Positions 19,288-30,689 of a stretch of DNA of 64,000 bases are shown here, one piece after another (positions within the stretch are counted from its first letter, which is position 1; each line of letters opens with the position of its first letter). The stretch is from NCBI GenBank assembly GCA_038248345.1, contig JBBRXO010000003.1:13546-77545 (forward strand). Reading direction: 5' to 3'. The DNA comes from Armatimonadota bacterium (GTDB lineage: Bacteria; Armatimonadota; Hebobacteria; CAIYQO01). The notes under the pieces are model-generated. The model did no database searches and had not been told where the DNA came from. It worked only from the letters and a program-made list of their open reading frames with translations. A program made the translations under genes and the position numbers.

Positions 19288-19305
19288 CTAAGCTACGAAG
19301 TGGTA
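19275..19305. terminator. Near-perfect 31-bp palindrome between convergent genes
   Basis: TACCACTTCGTAGCT-A-AGCTACGAAGTGGTA. Confidence 0.6.
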
Positions 19306-19323
19306 AAGGCAGGCACAACTTGA

Positions 19324-22300
19324 TCAATCCAAGAAAACGCCAGCTATATTGGCACGATTGTTCTGGTCAGAGTTGATAGCATTCTGTGTGACAGTCAAGG
19401 TACAGGAACCGATGAAACGGTACTGCAGTACTACGTGCCCTTGCGTGCCATCAAATTCGGCAAGCGTCCAGGTTACACCATTGACCGCATCACCGATAGA
19501 GTAAGTCGCGGGGGGCGCTGCGGCACCGCTACGAACAGTAGTTACTACCGTAATGGTATGGACAGCGTTATCGGTAGCCTTAATTGATACTGCTCCACTG
19601 CTGCCCGCAGTATTTTGCTGTACCTTGCCAGTGTGGTAGGGCCCCGTATTCACTCCATCAACTTTGATGTTTAATGAATTCCATCCGTCACAGAATCCAA
19701 AGGTATCAGTCGTGAAAGTATCAATGAAGGGAGCCGATATTGTGCGTTTTGTCTCCATTCGAGCCCCCCAGCGGAAGAATGCGAATCCGTGGCGTCCCAC
19801 GGAGCGCGTGGCGATCTCTCCCTGCCCGCCCCAGTTCAGGACAGCAGCTGGCTGGCCGGCAGCGCCATCCGCGGGCTTTTTAGAGTCTATCTCCAAAATG
19901 CGTCCGGTGGAATTCGTGAGCGTGGTAGCCATTACTCCATAGGAGTTGACAGGCACATTGGTGATTCTGACATTGATAGTATATTCTGTGGTAATTACAC
20001 CTGAAGTGACGGTGAGTATCAGGGGAACAGTTGACCCAACAGCGAGGTTCGTCGCCGGGGTTACTGCTATAGCCCACAACTTCCCAGTGCGCCTGGTGGC
20101 TTTTACCGTCAGGCCAATGACTGGTTTCGCGGTGATATTGTCAGCAGATACCAGTGCATTTACCTGCCGGATATCGCCCGGAAACGCATACAGCGTGGTG
20201 AGTTTATCAAGTTGTTGTGCGGGTATTTGCTGATGGGCGGCAAAGCGTACTACGCCTTCTACGGCGTGGACGGGCCCATACGATTCTCCTTCGCCAGTGG
20301 TATCAATACCCGCCAGCCAGTAATAGAAGTCACCAACTCCTGGGACATCAGTGATAGTCGTTTCGATGACGTCACGCTTGATTGCCGCCGCATTTATTGG
20401 GTCAGGTGTATTGCCTCGGTAGATGGTGTACGCTTGCGCCCCGTCTATCTCACTCCATGTTACCTGCACTTGCGTATTCGCCATTCCCCAGGCCGATGGA
20501 TTCATAGCGAGGGGGTTTGCCGTTTCCTTATCTGCTATCCATGAGTAGCGTTGCATCACCCCGTCCTTATCATTTTGATAGAGCGCGACGTTAAAGCGCA
20601 AAGGCGCTGCCATATCTAATCGCTCTTCGCTGATGTTGACATCACCCTGTCGTTTTATGGTGACTGGCGCAGTTTTAGCTAACTCCGGTAGATAGGAAAG
20701 CGGTATCTCGGCTTCCAGCGTATAGCCCCGTCCATCCAGGCGTTCTTTTACAGCTATCTGCACACCGGGCATCGCAGCGTAGCCGGTGAGGTAACTGGGA
20801 ATTGCAGTGGGGGTGTCACCGTAATACTTACCTTTATTATCCAGCGGGCGCATAGTAGATGACGGCTCCAGCGGGGCTGAGAGGGGGCGGCAGGCGTTGG
20901 CTATTCCGACCAGATTGCCATTCTGGCGCACTGCACTTAGCAGGATGCGAGTATCACCATTGATAGCTTTTGTACGATCCTGCGGCGTTGCTGGCCCCAG
21001 CAGCAACTCTATCCCTTCCAGTTGATCAAGCTTACTGGTTGTGGCATTCCCCGCTAGCGGGGTGGAGTCTATTATATCGGCAAAAATACACAGCTTGCCT
21101 GCATCGCGGCGCAGGCGCACATCAGCCTGTAATTTATCCCCATTAAGTAAAGAGATTGCTGGCACATCTGGCGCCCATTCCCAGTCATATCCATCGACCC
21201 CCATATAGCGCCCACCGCTGGTGAAAGGCCAGGTGGAATAAGGGATAGTCCATTGACCGGCTGGTGGTGTGGCAAGCTGTATGCGTGGGGGGGCTGATGG
21301 TAGTTTAACGTTACCGTCGAGACGTGTTATTTGATCACCAAAGACACCATCGATCTCCAGCACACGTGCGTCTTCAGTACTTACGGCGAAAAGCAGATGC
21401 TTGCCGGTTTTGGGGTCCTTCAGGAAAAGGCCCGGCTGTACATTCTCCACATACATCGCGGTTGGTCCAACATCTGTCCATTTTCCCCGGTTATCAACGC
21501 CGCACACCCATCCCAGGGTCAGGCCATCGCTGGTGTAGGCAGTGAAGTTAGAATTTACTTCAGCAGCAACTATCACACCGTCTGATTCGCCAGTGAGATT
21601 CATTAGCAAAATATTGTCGCCATTGCGGTAGAAGCGTCCATCATGATGACCGATGATCCACTTCACTTTCCCATCTTCGACTTTTATCAGTCGAGTTTCT
21701 AATGCGCGATCCCATGCATTTAGTCCCCGATCTGGACCTACATTCCCAACTATGTAGCGGATGTTACCTGGCGCTGGTGGTGCTGCGAATCGGAAATAAT
21801 TTATCTGTTCGAATATCGGCGTTAGATCCTGGTCAACATGCGAAGTGTAACTACCGTTGGAATAGTAGGGAACACCGCGGGCATCAATGCGTGCGGGCTT
21901 CATCACACCTGTGCCGGTGTACAGATTCAGGTTGCGGTCTATCCAGACGAAAGCATCCTCGCTGGGCGTTTTGGGATCCATCTCATCCGGTTGTATCAGG
22001 CCATCACCGTTGGCATCAGCCCATATACGATTCTCTGACTTTATCCAGGGGGTGGTGTGGACGGCAGCGACCGGTTTCCAATTTCCATCTTCCCATAGCC
22101 ATATGCCAGACCATTCACCACCTGGCAGCCAGAAGTAGCGTTTGCCGTTCTCGCCAGTGAAGGCCAGCGCCCGATTGTAACTGATAGCGGAAGCTTTGGA
22201 CATCAGATCAGGCTTGGCCGTTTGATCGATGCCGTTCTGTGTTAAATTGTAGATTGCTTCCACACTCCAGGCGCCTGCCGGATTTCCTGGATCGCGTTTA

Positions 22301-24340
22301 TAGGCAGCATAGTCAATTTTTGCCTTGATATAATAGGTGGAGCCTTGATGTGCCTGATAGTAAACTATCGACATATCGTCGAGGTCAGTGCCCACCACGA
22401 CGTAGCCCGTCGGGCCGTAGAAATCTTCTAACCATTTGCCGTCGGTTGTCATGCGGGCATAGCGGCGCGGTGCGTCCGCCTGTTCTACTAACCACAGGTT
22501 GCCATCTGGGCCGATGGCAACCTGTCACATTGCGGAATTGCAGTGGATCATACTTAGTTACTGTTGCCGGGCGACCGCCTTTGGTGCCGAAGGTGGCAAG
22601 TAGCTTTCCGACGGCGGAGAATTTTTTTATCTGCTCACTGGCACCCAGGTCGGATACGTAGATTTGTCCGGCCGCGTCCACCGCTACGGCACGCGCTGCT
22701 TCAAGGTCGGTTATTATCGGCTGTGTTTGGCGAGTAGCAGGATCGATACTTACTACCTGGGTCCCGCTACATGCGAGAAGTTTTTTGTCTGATGTACGGA
22801 AGAGGCCGCCAGGCTTTACCAATGATATATCAGCCTCAATAATACCAGTATCCAGATTTATCACTATTATCCGATTATCATCATAGCTGGAGATATATGC
22901 CATATTTCCAATTACCGCCATTCCCATGACAGTGGCTTTGCCCAGTGGAATGGGAGAATTTTTCGTGCCGATATTTATCGGACGTCCAGTCTGTGCATCA
23001 AGGCGCACTAACAAAGGTGCAGCGTTTGAGCCGTACACCATATATGCATATTTGTCATCAGCGGCCATCGCCAGACCGGCCCCAAATACTCCCGTACTGG
23101 CAAACCATTTCGCTTTCCCATCTACTCCAATTTTTCGCAGGCAGCGTTGCCCCTCTTCCACTGAGTTGAGCATATAAATGCCATTGGCATCGGCAGAAAT
23201 GGCAGATGGGCCACCATGAGTACCTCCAATAGACCCCATGCCATCTTCCGTGCGATAAACAGGGCGGCCAGAATTGCCCACACTACCATAGAAGCTGGTC
23301 TTAATTCCGTCAAAATAGCCAACACGATATTTATAGTCGCCGGGGGGCATTGGGTGACCGCTACGGTCGCGGCCATTCCAATAGATAGTATGCTTGCCTT
23401 TTTTTAGCATAACTGCGCGTAGCAGTTCACTCACGACCCAGCCTTTATCATCCGTTACAATTACGCTAGTGGTGACGTTTCGGGGTAAATCAAATACTAT
23501 CGGGGTGCCGGGGCCAGTAAATACGCCTTCCTCATCCTGGTTGGCACGGGGCTGCGGACGTGGTCCGGGATCGGTGGCGTAGAGTTTCATCTTACCCCAC
23601 GCACCCGGGTACAGGCGTGCCTCGGTCGACATATCCATGGTGGCGTTTGGCCCGTTGCCCGTGCTGTGCCACCAGGCAGTAGCCAGGTTCAACGTGCCAG
23701 CCGGATCGCTGAAGATCACCTGCAGATCGAAAGGCACCTGCATACCGTCAGTAGGGACGTAGCCGAGAGTGGTCCAGGGGATAGCTAGCTCCGCCAGATA
23801 TCCGTCCACTTTTTGACGCAATATGCACTTTACCTCCAGTACTGGAGCGACAAAGTCAAATGCTACTTTGCCCGCGGCCTCGGTGAAATATGAATACGGG
23901 CGTTTCTCCGGCCATTGTGGACGCATCGCTATGACCATTGGTTTACGATCAATCATTGCAACCATCAATCGCTGGTTGGCGCCTTTCCCGCCCGCTGGCC
24001 CGAAGCACAAGCTAAGGGCATCACCGCCCTTCAGCAGCTCTTGCGGAATTGCCGAAGCATTCTTCAGGGGGCTATCATCAATCACTTCAATTAAGGCATA
24101 GAGGGCGGTAGCATCATAGGCTAGTTTGAAGTTGACTACCGCACCATCCGCACCGAGCACGACCTGAATGGATTTCTGTGCTGCCCAATCGGCGGCATTT
24201 CCATCAATAACGCGAGGGACTGCAGTCTTGACCGCGGCAGCTGAAGGGGCTACTTGCCCCCATCCTGGGCTGACCAGGCAGATAAGCAACAGTATCGCAA
24301 TAAGCGAAACTGGCAGAGCAGAACGGCGCTCGCTGTTCAT
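19324..24340 (-). pseudogene. ~1670-aa secreted protein (CBM9-like, FlgD-Ig, beta-propeller/NHL, second CBM9-like, Fn3-like) split by one frameshift
   Basis: ORFs 22385-24340 and 19324-22452 join at ~22520, restoring the NHL repeat VTG(L)AIGPDGNLWLVEQ..RYARMTTDGKWLEDFYGP; signal peptide; WNGRDRSG FlgD motif. Confidence 0.85.
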
Positions 24341-24666
24341 TATAGACCCCCCTAGAGCTGATGTGGTTTCACTTCATTATCAAACCGGTTAACTTGTAAT
24401 TATACAGTATTTTCGACAAATTTACAAGGTATAGACAAAAAATCTCTGTCTACTAGTTCATTTTTTTGCTTACAGAAGCACTCAATCCGTGGTATTCTGT
24501 ACCAATATTGATGGAGAATTGCTAACAGAATAAGTTTTTGAGAAAAGATATAGGTGTGATAGTTTAAAATCCGGTTCCACATAAGATTCACTGATGCCCT
24601 TGGTCATTTGAGGTGAATCAACATCGTTCGAAATGCGTATTACTGGTTATCAAGTAGGAGATAGGC

Positions 24667-27600
24667 ATGCAGATCAGACAATTATTGTTACTAGTCACCT
24701 GTTTATCGATGATTATCATCGGTTTACTTCCAGCTTCCGGGCAGCAGGAACTCTTTCGTTCAGTGCTGACGGATGCCAATCTGGATCTCGACAACACAAC
24801 AGAATTCCCCAAGAATATTGACGGCAAAGGTGGATTCGGCAATGCGAACTCGCGGAATGATGGATTGCTGGGTGCGTTGCACGTACGAGGTGTTCTTGCA
24901 CCTCACGCTAGCTGGCAAACCGGCGAGACCGACCAGCGCCAGCGCTATCTCCGTATTAGCTTTAAAGAATTGGTACCAATCGGTACGTTGATTGGCGGCG
25001 GTGGGGAAGTAAGTTATTTAAAGATGGACGCCATGGCCCCCGGCGATGTGATGGATGACACGCAATGGGTAAAGGTACTTGCTCCAGACGGACAGGCTGG
25101 CCTGACAGTTACACCTTTTCCGCCGGGTGTTTTAACACGTGCGCTACGTTTTAGTTTCAATGACAAACTTCCGAATGGCGGCGCTTCGCGTTCCGGGTTT
25201 GGCGGACTGGTAGTGCTTAAAGCTCGTTTGGACAACTTAACTCCGGAAGCGTTGGCGTTTGCCTCTAGCCAGGTCACCGGTAGCGCTAACGTTGTTGAAC
25301 AAACTCGTGTGCAAAATCTGGTAAGCGGAGGCAATTGGAGAGGCGCACCCAAGCAGGATATATCCCCTGATCATCCTGAGTGGGTTATTCTATCGTGGCC
25401 CAAAGCGAAGGCATTCAGCGGTATCGGCTTCGTAAATGCTTTTGCAAAGCGGCTGGAAGTTGATATGCTAAAGCCGGAAGAGACTGCGCATCCTGCTGTA
25501 GCTCCGGAGACGTCCTGGGTTCATATTGCAGGACTTAATTGGCCTATCTGGTGGCGACCTGCGTATACTGACGCTTACCTTCCCTTTAACGATCTGGTGA
25601 CGACGCGTGCGTTGCGTGTCCGCATAACTGAACCACTAACCAAAGAAAATGCAGATATAGCAGGTTCATCGGGAGGTGGTAAACGAACAGTATCACTTTC
25701 TGGAATAATGACATTTACCGACCTGGGCGTTCTACCAACACCTTCGCGTCTGAAAGTGGTCGCTGAGTTGCCACCGATCAAAATCCCATTAACAATGCCA
25801 TACAACGGCAACCTGACAATTGCTATTGACGACACCAACGGCAAACGTGTACGTAACCTGGTAGGTGACGAGGAGCGGAAATTCGGGCCATTGCAAGAAG
25901 CGTGGGATGGACGTGATGATGCTGGCAATTTATTACCAGCCGGGAGATATACCTGGAAGGCAATCACCCACCAACCACTGCACTACACTTATCAATCGAC
26001 AGTGAATAATTCAGGTAATCCACCCTGGTGGAAGTCAGGGAGTTGGGGTGATCAATCGGGGCCGGGCAGTTGGCTATCGGATCACGCTGCTCCTAACGAT
26101 GTCACTGTCATTGGAGATAAAGTATTTATCGGCGCCGTGATCGCCGAATCCGGCCATACCATACTGGCCTGTGATCTGGACGGGAAGAAGCTATGGGGCA
26201 CTAAGTGGCTGGAGACGGCAGGCGCCGGTTTCCTCACTAACGACGGCCAGAAAGTCTATTCAGTGGGTGAAGGTGGATGGATTGGTGAGCGGTTGATGAT
26301 TCACGAAATTGATCCAATAACTTTCAAATGGCGCCGGGCGACGCAACTAGTATTTGATACTGGTAATACTCCTACGGGGGGAGTATCCGGCCTTGCCGCA
26401 CGTGACGGTAAGCTCTATATTGCCTTTAACCATGCTCCACTCTCCTGGACGCGCTCTGCTATTGCGACGCAGAATATTGATACTGTTAACACCACCGCAT
26501 TTGGCAACAATTTGACCGGGATGCTACGCACCAAAAATGATGTCCCATCCGGTTGGGCATGGAGCACGACTAAATCGGCTGATCCGGTTCAGTATTTACG
26601 TCTCGCCTTTTTAACGCCGCAACCGATAGGTTCATTCATCTCCCCTAAAGAAATGGAGATGAGTGTACTCAAGCCAGAAGCAGCATATCCAGGTGACCTG
26701 ACGAATGATGATCAATGGATTGCTATGCAAGCCGGGCAACAACAGGGGTTGCGGGTTTATACTGCGCCGGAAAGTACCATTTCGCGTGCTATTCGATTTA
26801 CATTCCGCAAGCCCAAAGTTGACGGGCAACCGTGGAACGCTGACCTGTCAGGTGGGCTGTTATTGGCACATAGATTCCAGAATGCCCTGGCTGGCGCGAA
26901 GATAACGGCGTCTTCCGGTGTAGTCAAAGCGGATGGTAGCTGGTCAACAGTACAGCAAACGCCAATTACTATTGAAAATCCTGCCACGCTAACAATTACC
27001 TGGCCGGAAGCACGCACATTCCGCGGATTAGGCTTTTTGAATTTCTTCGCTAAACGGGCGGAGATATCAATGCTGAAAAAGGCAGATGCTGATCCAGCTA
27101 CTGCACTTGAAACTGATTGGACGGTATTGGGAGATATCTCCCCGGCTGTGCGCTGGCGTCCGGCGTATTCCGATGATTATTTCGATGCTGGGAAAGACAT
27201 TACTACCCGCGCTATTCGTTTACGCGTGTTAGAACCATTGGTGTCAGAAAATACAGATATCGCAAATGATACCAAGGGCAAGCTAATGACGGCTGGTATT
27301 GGTGGCCTGATTGTATTGAAAGCTCTCGGCAATGATCCACAAACGGCTGAGTTACCACCGCAGCGTATCAGCGTCGTTAATATTGCTAATGGAAAATGGG
27401 AGCAAAATATTTCGGTGCCGGAACCGCGTTTCCCGCATTTCGATGCAGACGGCAATTTAGTTGTTGTTTCTGGCAAACAAGTCGTTCGTGTTAGTTTGCC
27501 CGACGGGAAGATTACCCCGGTAATCGCGACCGGACTTGATGATCCACGTGGTATTACTTTTGATGCGGCGAAGAATATCTACGTTGCCGACGGAAAAACT

Positions 27601-29667
27601 GAGCAAGTGAAAGTCTTCTCTCCCGATGGGAAATTGCTGCGCACGATTGCTTCCCCCGGCGGGCGTATGCTAGGCGCTTATGATAAGACGCATATTGAGA
27701 ATCCACAAGGTATAGCTATAGATCCGCGCGGGAAATTGTGGGTTACAGAGAGTGATCATCAACCCAAACGAACTTCGTTGTGGAGTGCAGACGGTAAGTT
27801 CCTGAACGAGTTTATCGGACCCGCACAGTATGGCGCGGGTGGATTCCTGGATCCACAGGATAAATCGCGCTTCTATTACAATGGAATGGAGTTCGCGATC
27901 GACTGGGCTACTGGTGGTTGGAAGATTAAGAATATCCTTACTCGCAATCAACCAGCATTAAGTGAAGGTAATACCGATCATCCTGTGTACATAGACAACA
28001 AACAGTATATGGTAAATGATCCTTCAGGGATGGGATCGAAATTACTATTGGTCGGCGAAATCCGCAAAGACCGAGTTGCGCCAATGGTAGTACTGGGGAA
28101 CGCAGAGATGTGGAAACCGTTTAGCGATGTTCCAGCGTTACGCAAACTAGTATCTGGGAAGCCGCTATCAGCTTATAGTTTCATTTGGACTGATGCTAAT
28201 GGTGACGGGATACCTCAAGCTGATGAAGTCACGTTAAGCCCGGAAGGGGTGCGCTTGAATTCAACTTACTGGCCGACCATCGTCAACAAAAAGCTGGAGG
28301 TGCAAATGGGTAATCGATTGCTAAAACCGACTGCCTATACCGCTGCCGGAGTACCGATCTATAAACCGTTTGGTGTTAAACCGATACCAGCATTCCCTGT
28401 CGAGAATATCTACTCAACAGCAGTAGACAGTATGGGAAGGGTGCTGATCAACGGACGTCCAGTAACGGCGTACCATGAGGATGGTACCGTCGATTGGACG
28501 TATCCGCAGAAATGGGTTGGGGTTCACGATTCACAAGTGGCGCCACTGCATAAGCCAGGCCAAATGATAGGTGCACTAGGCTTTATCGGGCAGGAAGATG
28601 TCCCGGGCATCGGAGAGACCTTCATGCTGAACGGGAACAAAGGTGAGTGGTATCTGTTCACTGATGATGGATTGCTGGCCGCGACTATCTGGCAGGATTA
28701 CCGAAACCCAGGGGCGATATCCTGGAATTTCCCCGAAGCTAAACGCGGCCTGTCGTTGGATGGTTTAACTATTGGGGAAGAGCATTTCGGTGGTGGTTTT
28801 GTACGGACGAAGGATGGTAAATTCTACCTGATAGCTGGTCACAACCACAACAGTATTGTTGAATTACTGGGACTGGAAAGCATGAAGCGGCAACAAGGAT
28901 CCATGGCAGTGACCCCACAAGATATGATTGCGGCGGAACAATGGAATATGCGGCAAGCGATACGCAATGCACAGGTTGAAGCGCCTAAATTCATTCGTGC
29001 CAGCACAATAGCGACGCCGATAAAACCAGACGGCGATCTGACGGAATGGAAAGATGATTCGTTTAACCCGATCGGTACCCGTGGCACAGCTGCAATATCC
29101 TCTGATGCAAAGAACCTGTATCTGGCATATCGTGTCGATAGCAATTTGGCACTGCGCAATAACGGCGATGATTGGAAAATGCTTTTCAAAACCGGTGATT
29201 CTGTTGATTTACAGATCGCGGTGAATCCGAAAGCTAATCCCGTGCGCACAACTCCTGTACCGGGTGACCAACGCTTGCTGATTACGCTTTTCGAAGGCAA
29301 GCCAATCGGTGTGCTCTATCAGCATCGTGTCCTGAATACACCGCAGGCGGAAAAGAACCCATTTGCTTCCCCCATTCGTACCGAATATGTCGATAAGATT
29401 CTCAAACTAGATGTGGCAAATATCGGTATCGCCCGCACTGCTAAAGGCTATGCAGTAGAAGCCATTGTGCCGTTGGCATTACTCGGCCTGACTCCGCAAA
29501 AAGGTACTACCTATAAAATCGACTTCGGCATACTCAGTGCTGACAACTCAGGTAACGGCACCCTAGTACGCACTTACTGGGCTAACCAGGCAACGGGCAT
29601 CGTCAGCGATGTCCCGAGTGAGATCATGCTTACTCCAGGATTATGGGGTGACATCACTTTCGAATAA
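24667..29667 (+). CDS. 1666-aa secreted multidomain protein (duplicated discoidin-like module, FlgD-Ig, PQQ/NHL propeller, C-terminal CBM9-like sugar-binding domain)
   Basis: Signal peptide; WDGRDDAG..GRYTW, PRGITFDAAKNIYVAD, PQGIAIDPRGKLWVTE and DGDLTEW..LFKTGDSVDLQ..YAVEAIVPL..P.LWG. Confidence 0.85.
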   Translation: MQIRQLLLLVTCLSMIIIGLLPASGQQELFRSVLTDANLDLDNTTEFPKNIDGKGGFGNANSRNDGLLGALHVRGVLAPHASWQTGETDQRQRYLRISFKELVPIGTLIGGGGEVSYLKMDAMAPGDVMDDTQWVKVLAPDGQAGLTVTPFPPGVLTRALRFSFNDKLPNGGASRSGFGGLVVLKARLDNLTPEALAFASSQVTGSANVVEQTRVQNLVSGGNWRGAPKQDISPDHPEWVILSWPKAKAFSGIGFVNAFAKRLEVDMLKPEETAHPAVAPETSWVHIAGLNWPIWWRPAYTDAYLPFNDLVTTRALRVRITEPLTKENADIAGSSGGGKRTVSLSGIMTFTDLGVLPTPSRLKVVAELPPIKIPLTMPYNGNLTIAIDDTNGKRVRNLVGDEERKFGPLQEAWDGRDDAGNLLPAGRYTWKAITHQPLHYTYQSTVNNSGNPPWWKSGSWGDQSGPGSWLSDHAAPNDVTVIGDKVFIGAVIAESGHTILACDLDGKKLWGTKWLETAGAGFLTNDGQKVYSVGEGGWIGERLMIHEIDPITFKWRRATQLVFDTGNTPTGGVSGLAARDGKLYIAFNHAPLSWTRSAIATQNIDTVNTTAFGNNLTGMLRTKNDVPSGWAWSTTKSADPVQYLRLAFLTPQPIGSFISPKEMEMSVLKPEAAYPGDLTNDDQWIAMQAGQQQGLRVYTAPESTISRAIRFTFRKPKVDGQPWNADLSGGLLLAHRFQNALAGAKITASSGVVKADGSWSTVQQTPITIENPATLTITWPEARTFRGLGFLNFFAKRAEISMLKKADADPATALETDWTVLGDISPAVRWRPAYSDDYFDAGKDITTRAIRLRVLEPLVSENTDIANDTKGKLMTAGIGGLIVLKALGNDPQTAELPPQRISVVNIANGKWEQNISVPEPRFPHFDADGNLVVVSGKQVVRVSLPDGKITPVIATGLDDPRGITFDAAKNIYVADGKTEQVKVFSPDGKLLRTIASPGGRMLGAYDKTHIENPQGIAIDPRGKLWVTESDHQPKRTSLWSADGKFLNEFIGPAQYGAGGFLDPQDKSRFYYNGMEFAIDWATGGWKIKNILTRNQPALSEGNTDHPVYIDNKQYMVNDPSGMGSKLLLVGEIRKDRVAPMVVLGNAEMWKPFSDVPALRKLVSGKPLSAYSFIWTDANGDGIPQADEVTLSPEGVRLNSTYWPTIVNKKLEVQMGNRLLKPTAYTAAGVPIYKPFGVKPIPAFPVENIYSTAVDSMGRVLINGRPVTAYHEDGTVDWTYPQKWVGVHDSQVAPLHKPGQMIGALGFIGQEDVPGIGETFMLNGNKGEWYLFTDDGLLAATIWQDYRNPGAISWNFPEAKRGLSLDGLTIGEEHFGGGFVRTKDGKFYLIAGHNHNSIVELLGLESMKRQQGSMAVTPQDMIAAEQWNMRQAIRNAQVEAPKFIRASTIATPIKPDGDLTEWKDDSFNPIGTRGTAAISSDAKNLYLAYRVDSNLALRNNGDDWKMLFKTGDSVDLQIAVNPKANPVRTTPVPGDQRLLITLFEGKPIGVLYQHRVLNTPQAEKNPFASPIRTEYVDKILKLDVANIGIARTAKGYAVEAIVPLALLGLTPQKGTTYKIDFGILSADNSGNGTLVRTYWANQATGIVSDVPSEIMLTPGLWGDITFE

Positions 29668-29681
29668 AGAAAGACCAGACC

Positions 29682-29709
29682 CCCCCCGTCAAAATACATC
29701 GACGGGGGG
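29682..29709 (+). terminator. GC-rich hairpin after the large secreted gene
   Basis: CCCCCCGTC-N10-GACGGGGGG; no clear U-tract. Confidence 0.45.
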
Positions 29710-29766
29710 AGTACCTGGATGAATAGAAACCGCTGGAGGCAACTCCGGCAGTAGTGAACAACGATT

Positions 29767-30687
29767 TTGATAGAGCAACAATTGATCGAAGGTAGTGTTT
29801 TTGATATTCAAAGGTTCTCGCTTCATGATGGTCCGGGGATTCGCACTACTGTTTTTCTCAAAGGATGTCCGCTACGCTGCAATTGGTGTCACAATCCAGA
29901 AGGGTGGGAGCGTGCACCGCAACTACGATTGGCAGTAAATAGCTGCACACGCTGTGGGCGCTGTACCGAGATGTGCCTCCATGACGCCCATCTGGTGACA
30001 TCGGCAGAGCATCGCTTTTACCCGGATCGCTGCATAAGATGTGGTCGCTGTATTGATGCTTGTCCAGTACTGGCATTAGAGTGGGTGGGCAAGCAGATGG
30101 ATGTGGAAGCTGTTATGGCAGTCGTACGCCGCGACCAGCCGTTCTATCAAACATCAGGCGGAGGTATGACACTTTCCGGGGGCGAGCCCTTGGTACAACC
30201 ACACTTCGCATTGGCGCTTTTACAATCGGCACGTACCGAGGGCATCTCAACCGCTATCGAAACCACGGCTCGCGCATCATGGGATATTCTTACATCGATT
30301 CAGCCTTATGTCGACCTTTTCCTCGTCGATCTTAAACATACAGACCTGGTGCGGCATCGCGAACTTACTGGCATAGATAATGTGTTGATCCTCGATAATA
30401 TCACCCATATGATCGAGGAAGGTTGGCCGGTTATCCTACGTATCCCCTGGGTTCCTTCGCAGAATGCTGAACAGGGATTCCTTGACGGTCTCATCACCTT
30501 TCTATCAGCTTTTGCGACACTACCAAAAGTAATTTTTTTGCTCTATCATCGCCTTGACCGAAGCAAATGGCAGGGGCTGGGCGGCGACTCACCTATGCCT
30601 GATGTCGCCGCCGCTCTGGAAGAGGAGGTAGCGCCCTGGATCAGCCGCCTGGCAGAGATCGGCGTTGACGCTACCGTATCGAAGTAG
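29767..30687 (+). CDS. Glycyl-radical enzyme activating enzyme (radical SAM with ferredoxin insert)
   Basis: IQRFSLHDGPGIRTTVFLKGCPLRCNWCHNPE, two CxxCxxCxxxC motifs and GGMTLSGGEP. Confidence 0.93.
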   Translation: MIEQQLIEGSVFDIQRFSLHDGPGIRTTVFLKGCPLRCNWCHNPEGWERAPQLRLAVNSCTRCGRCTEMCLHDAHLVTSAEHRFYPDRCIRCGRCIDACPVLALEWVGKQMDVEAVMAVVRRDQPFYQTSGGGMTLSGGEPLVQPHFALALLQSARTEGISTAIETTARASWDILTSIQPYVDLFLVDLKHTDLVRHRELTGIDNVLILDNITHMIEEGWPVILRIPWVPSQNAEQGFLDGLITFLSAFATLPKVIFLLYHRLDRSKWQGLGGDSPMPDVAAALEEEVAPWISRLAEIGVDATVSK

Positions 30688-30689
30688 AT

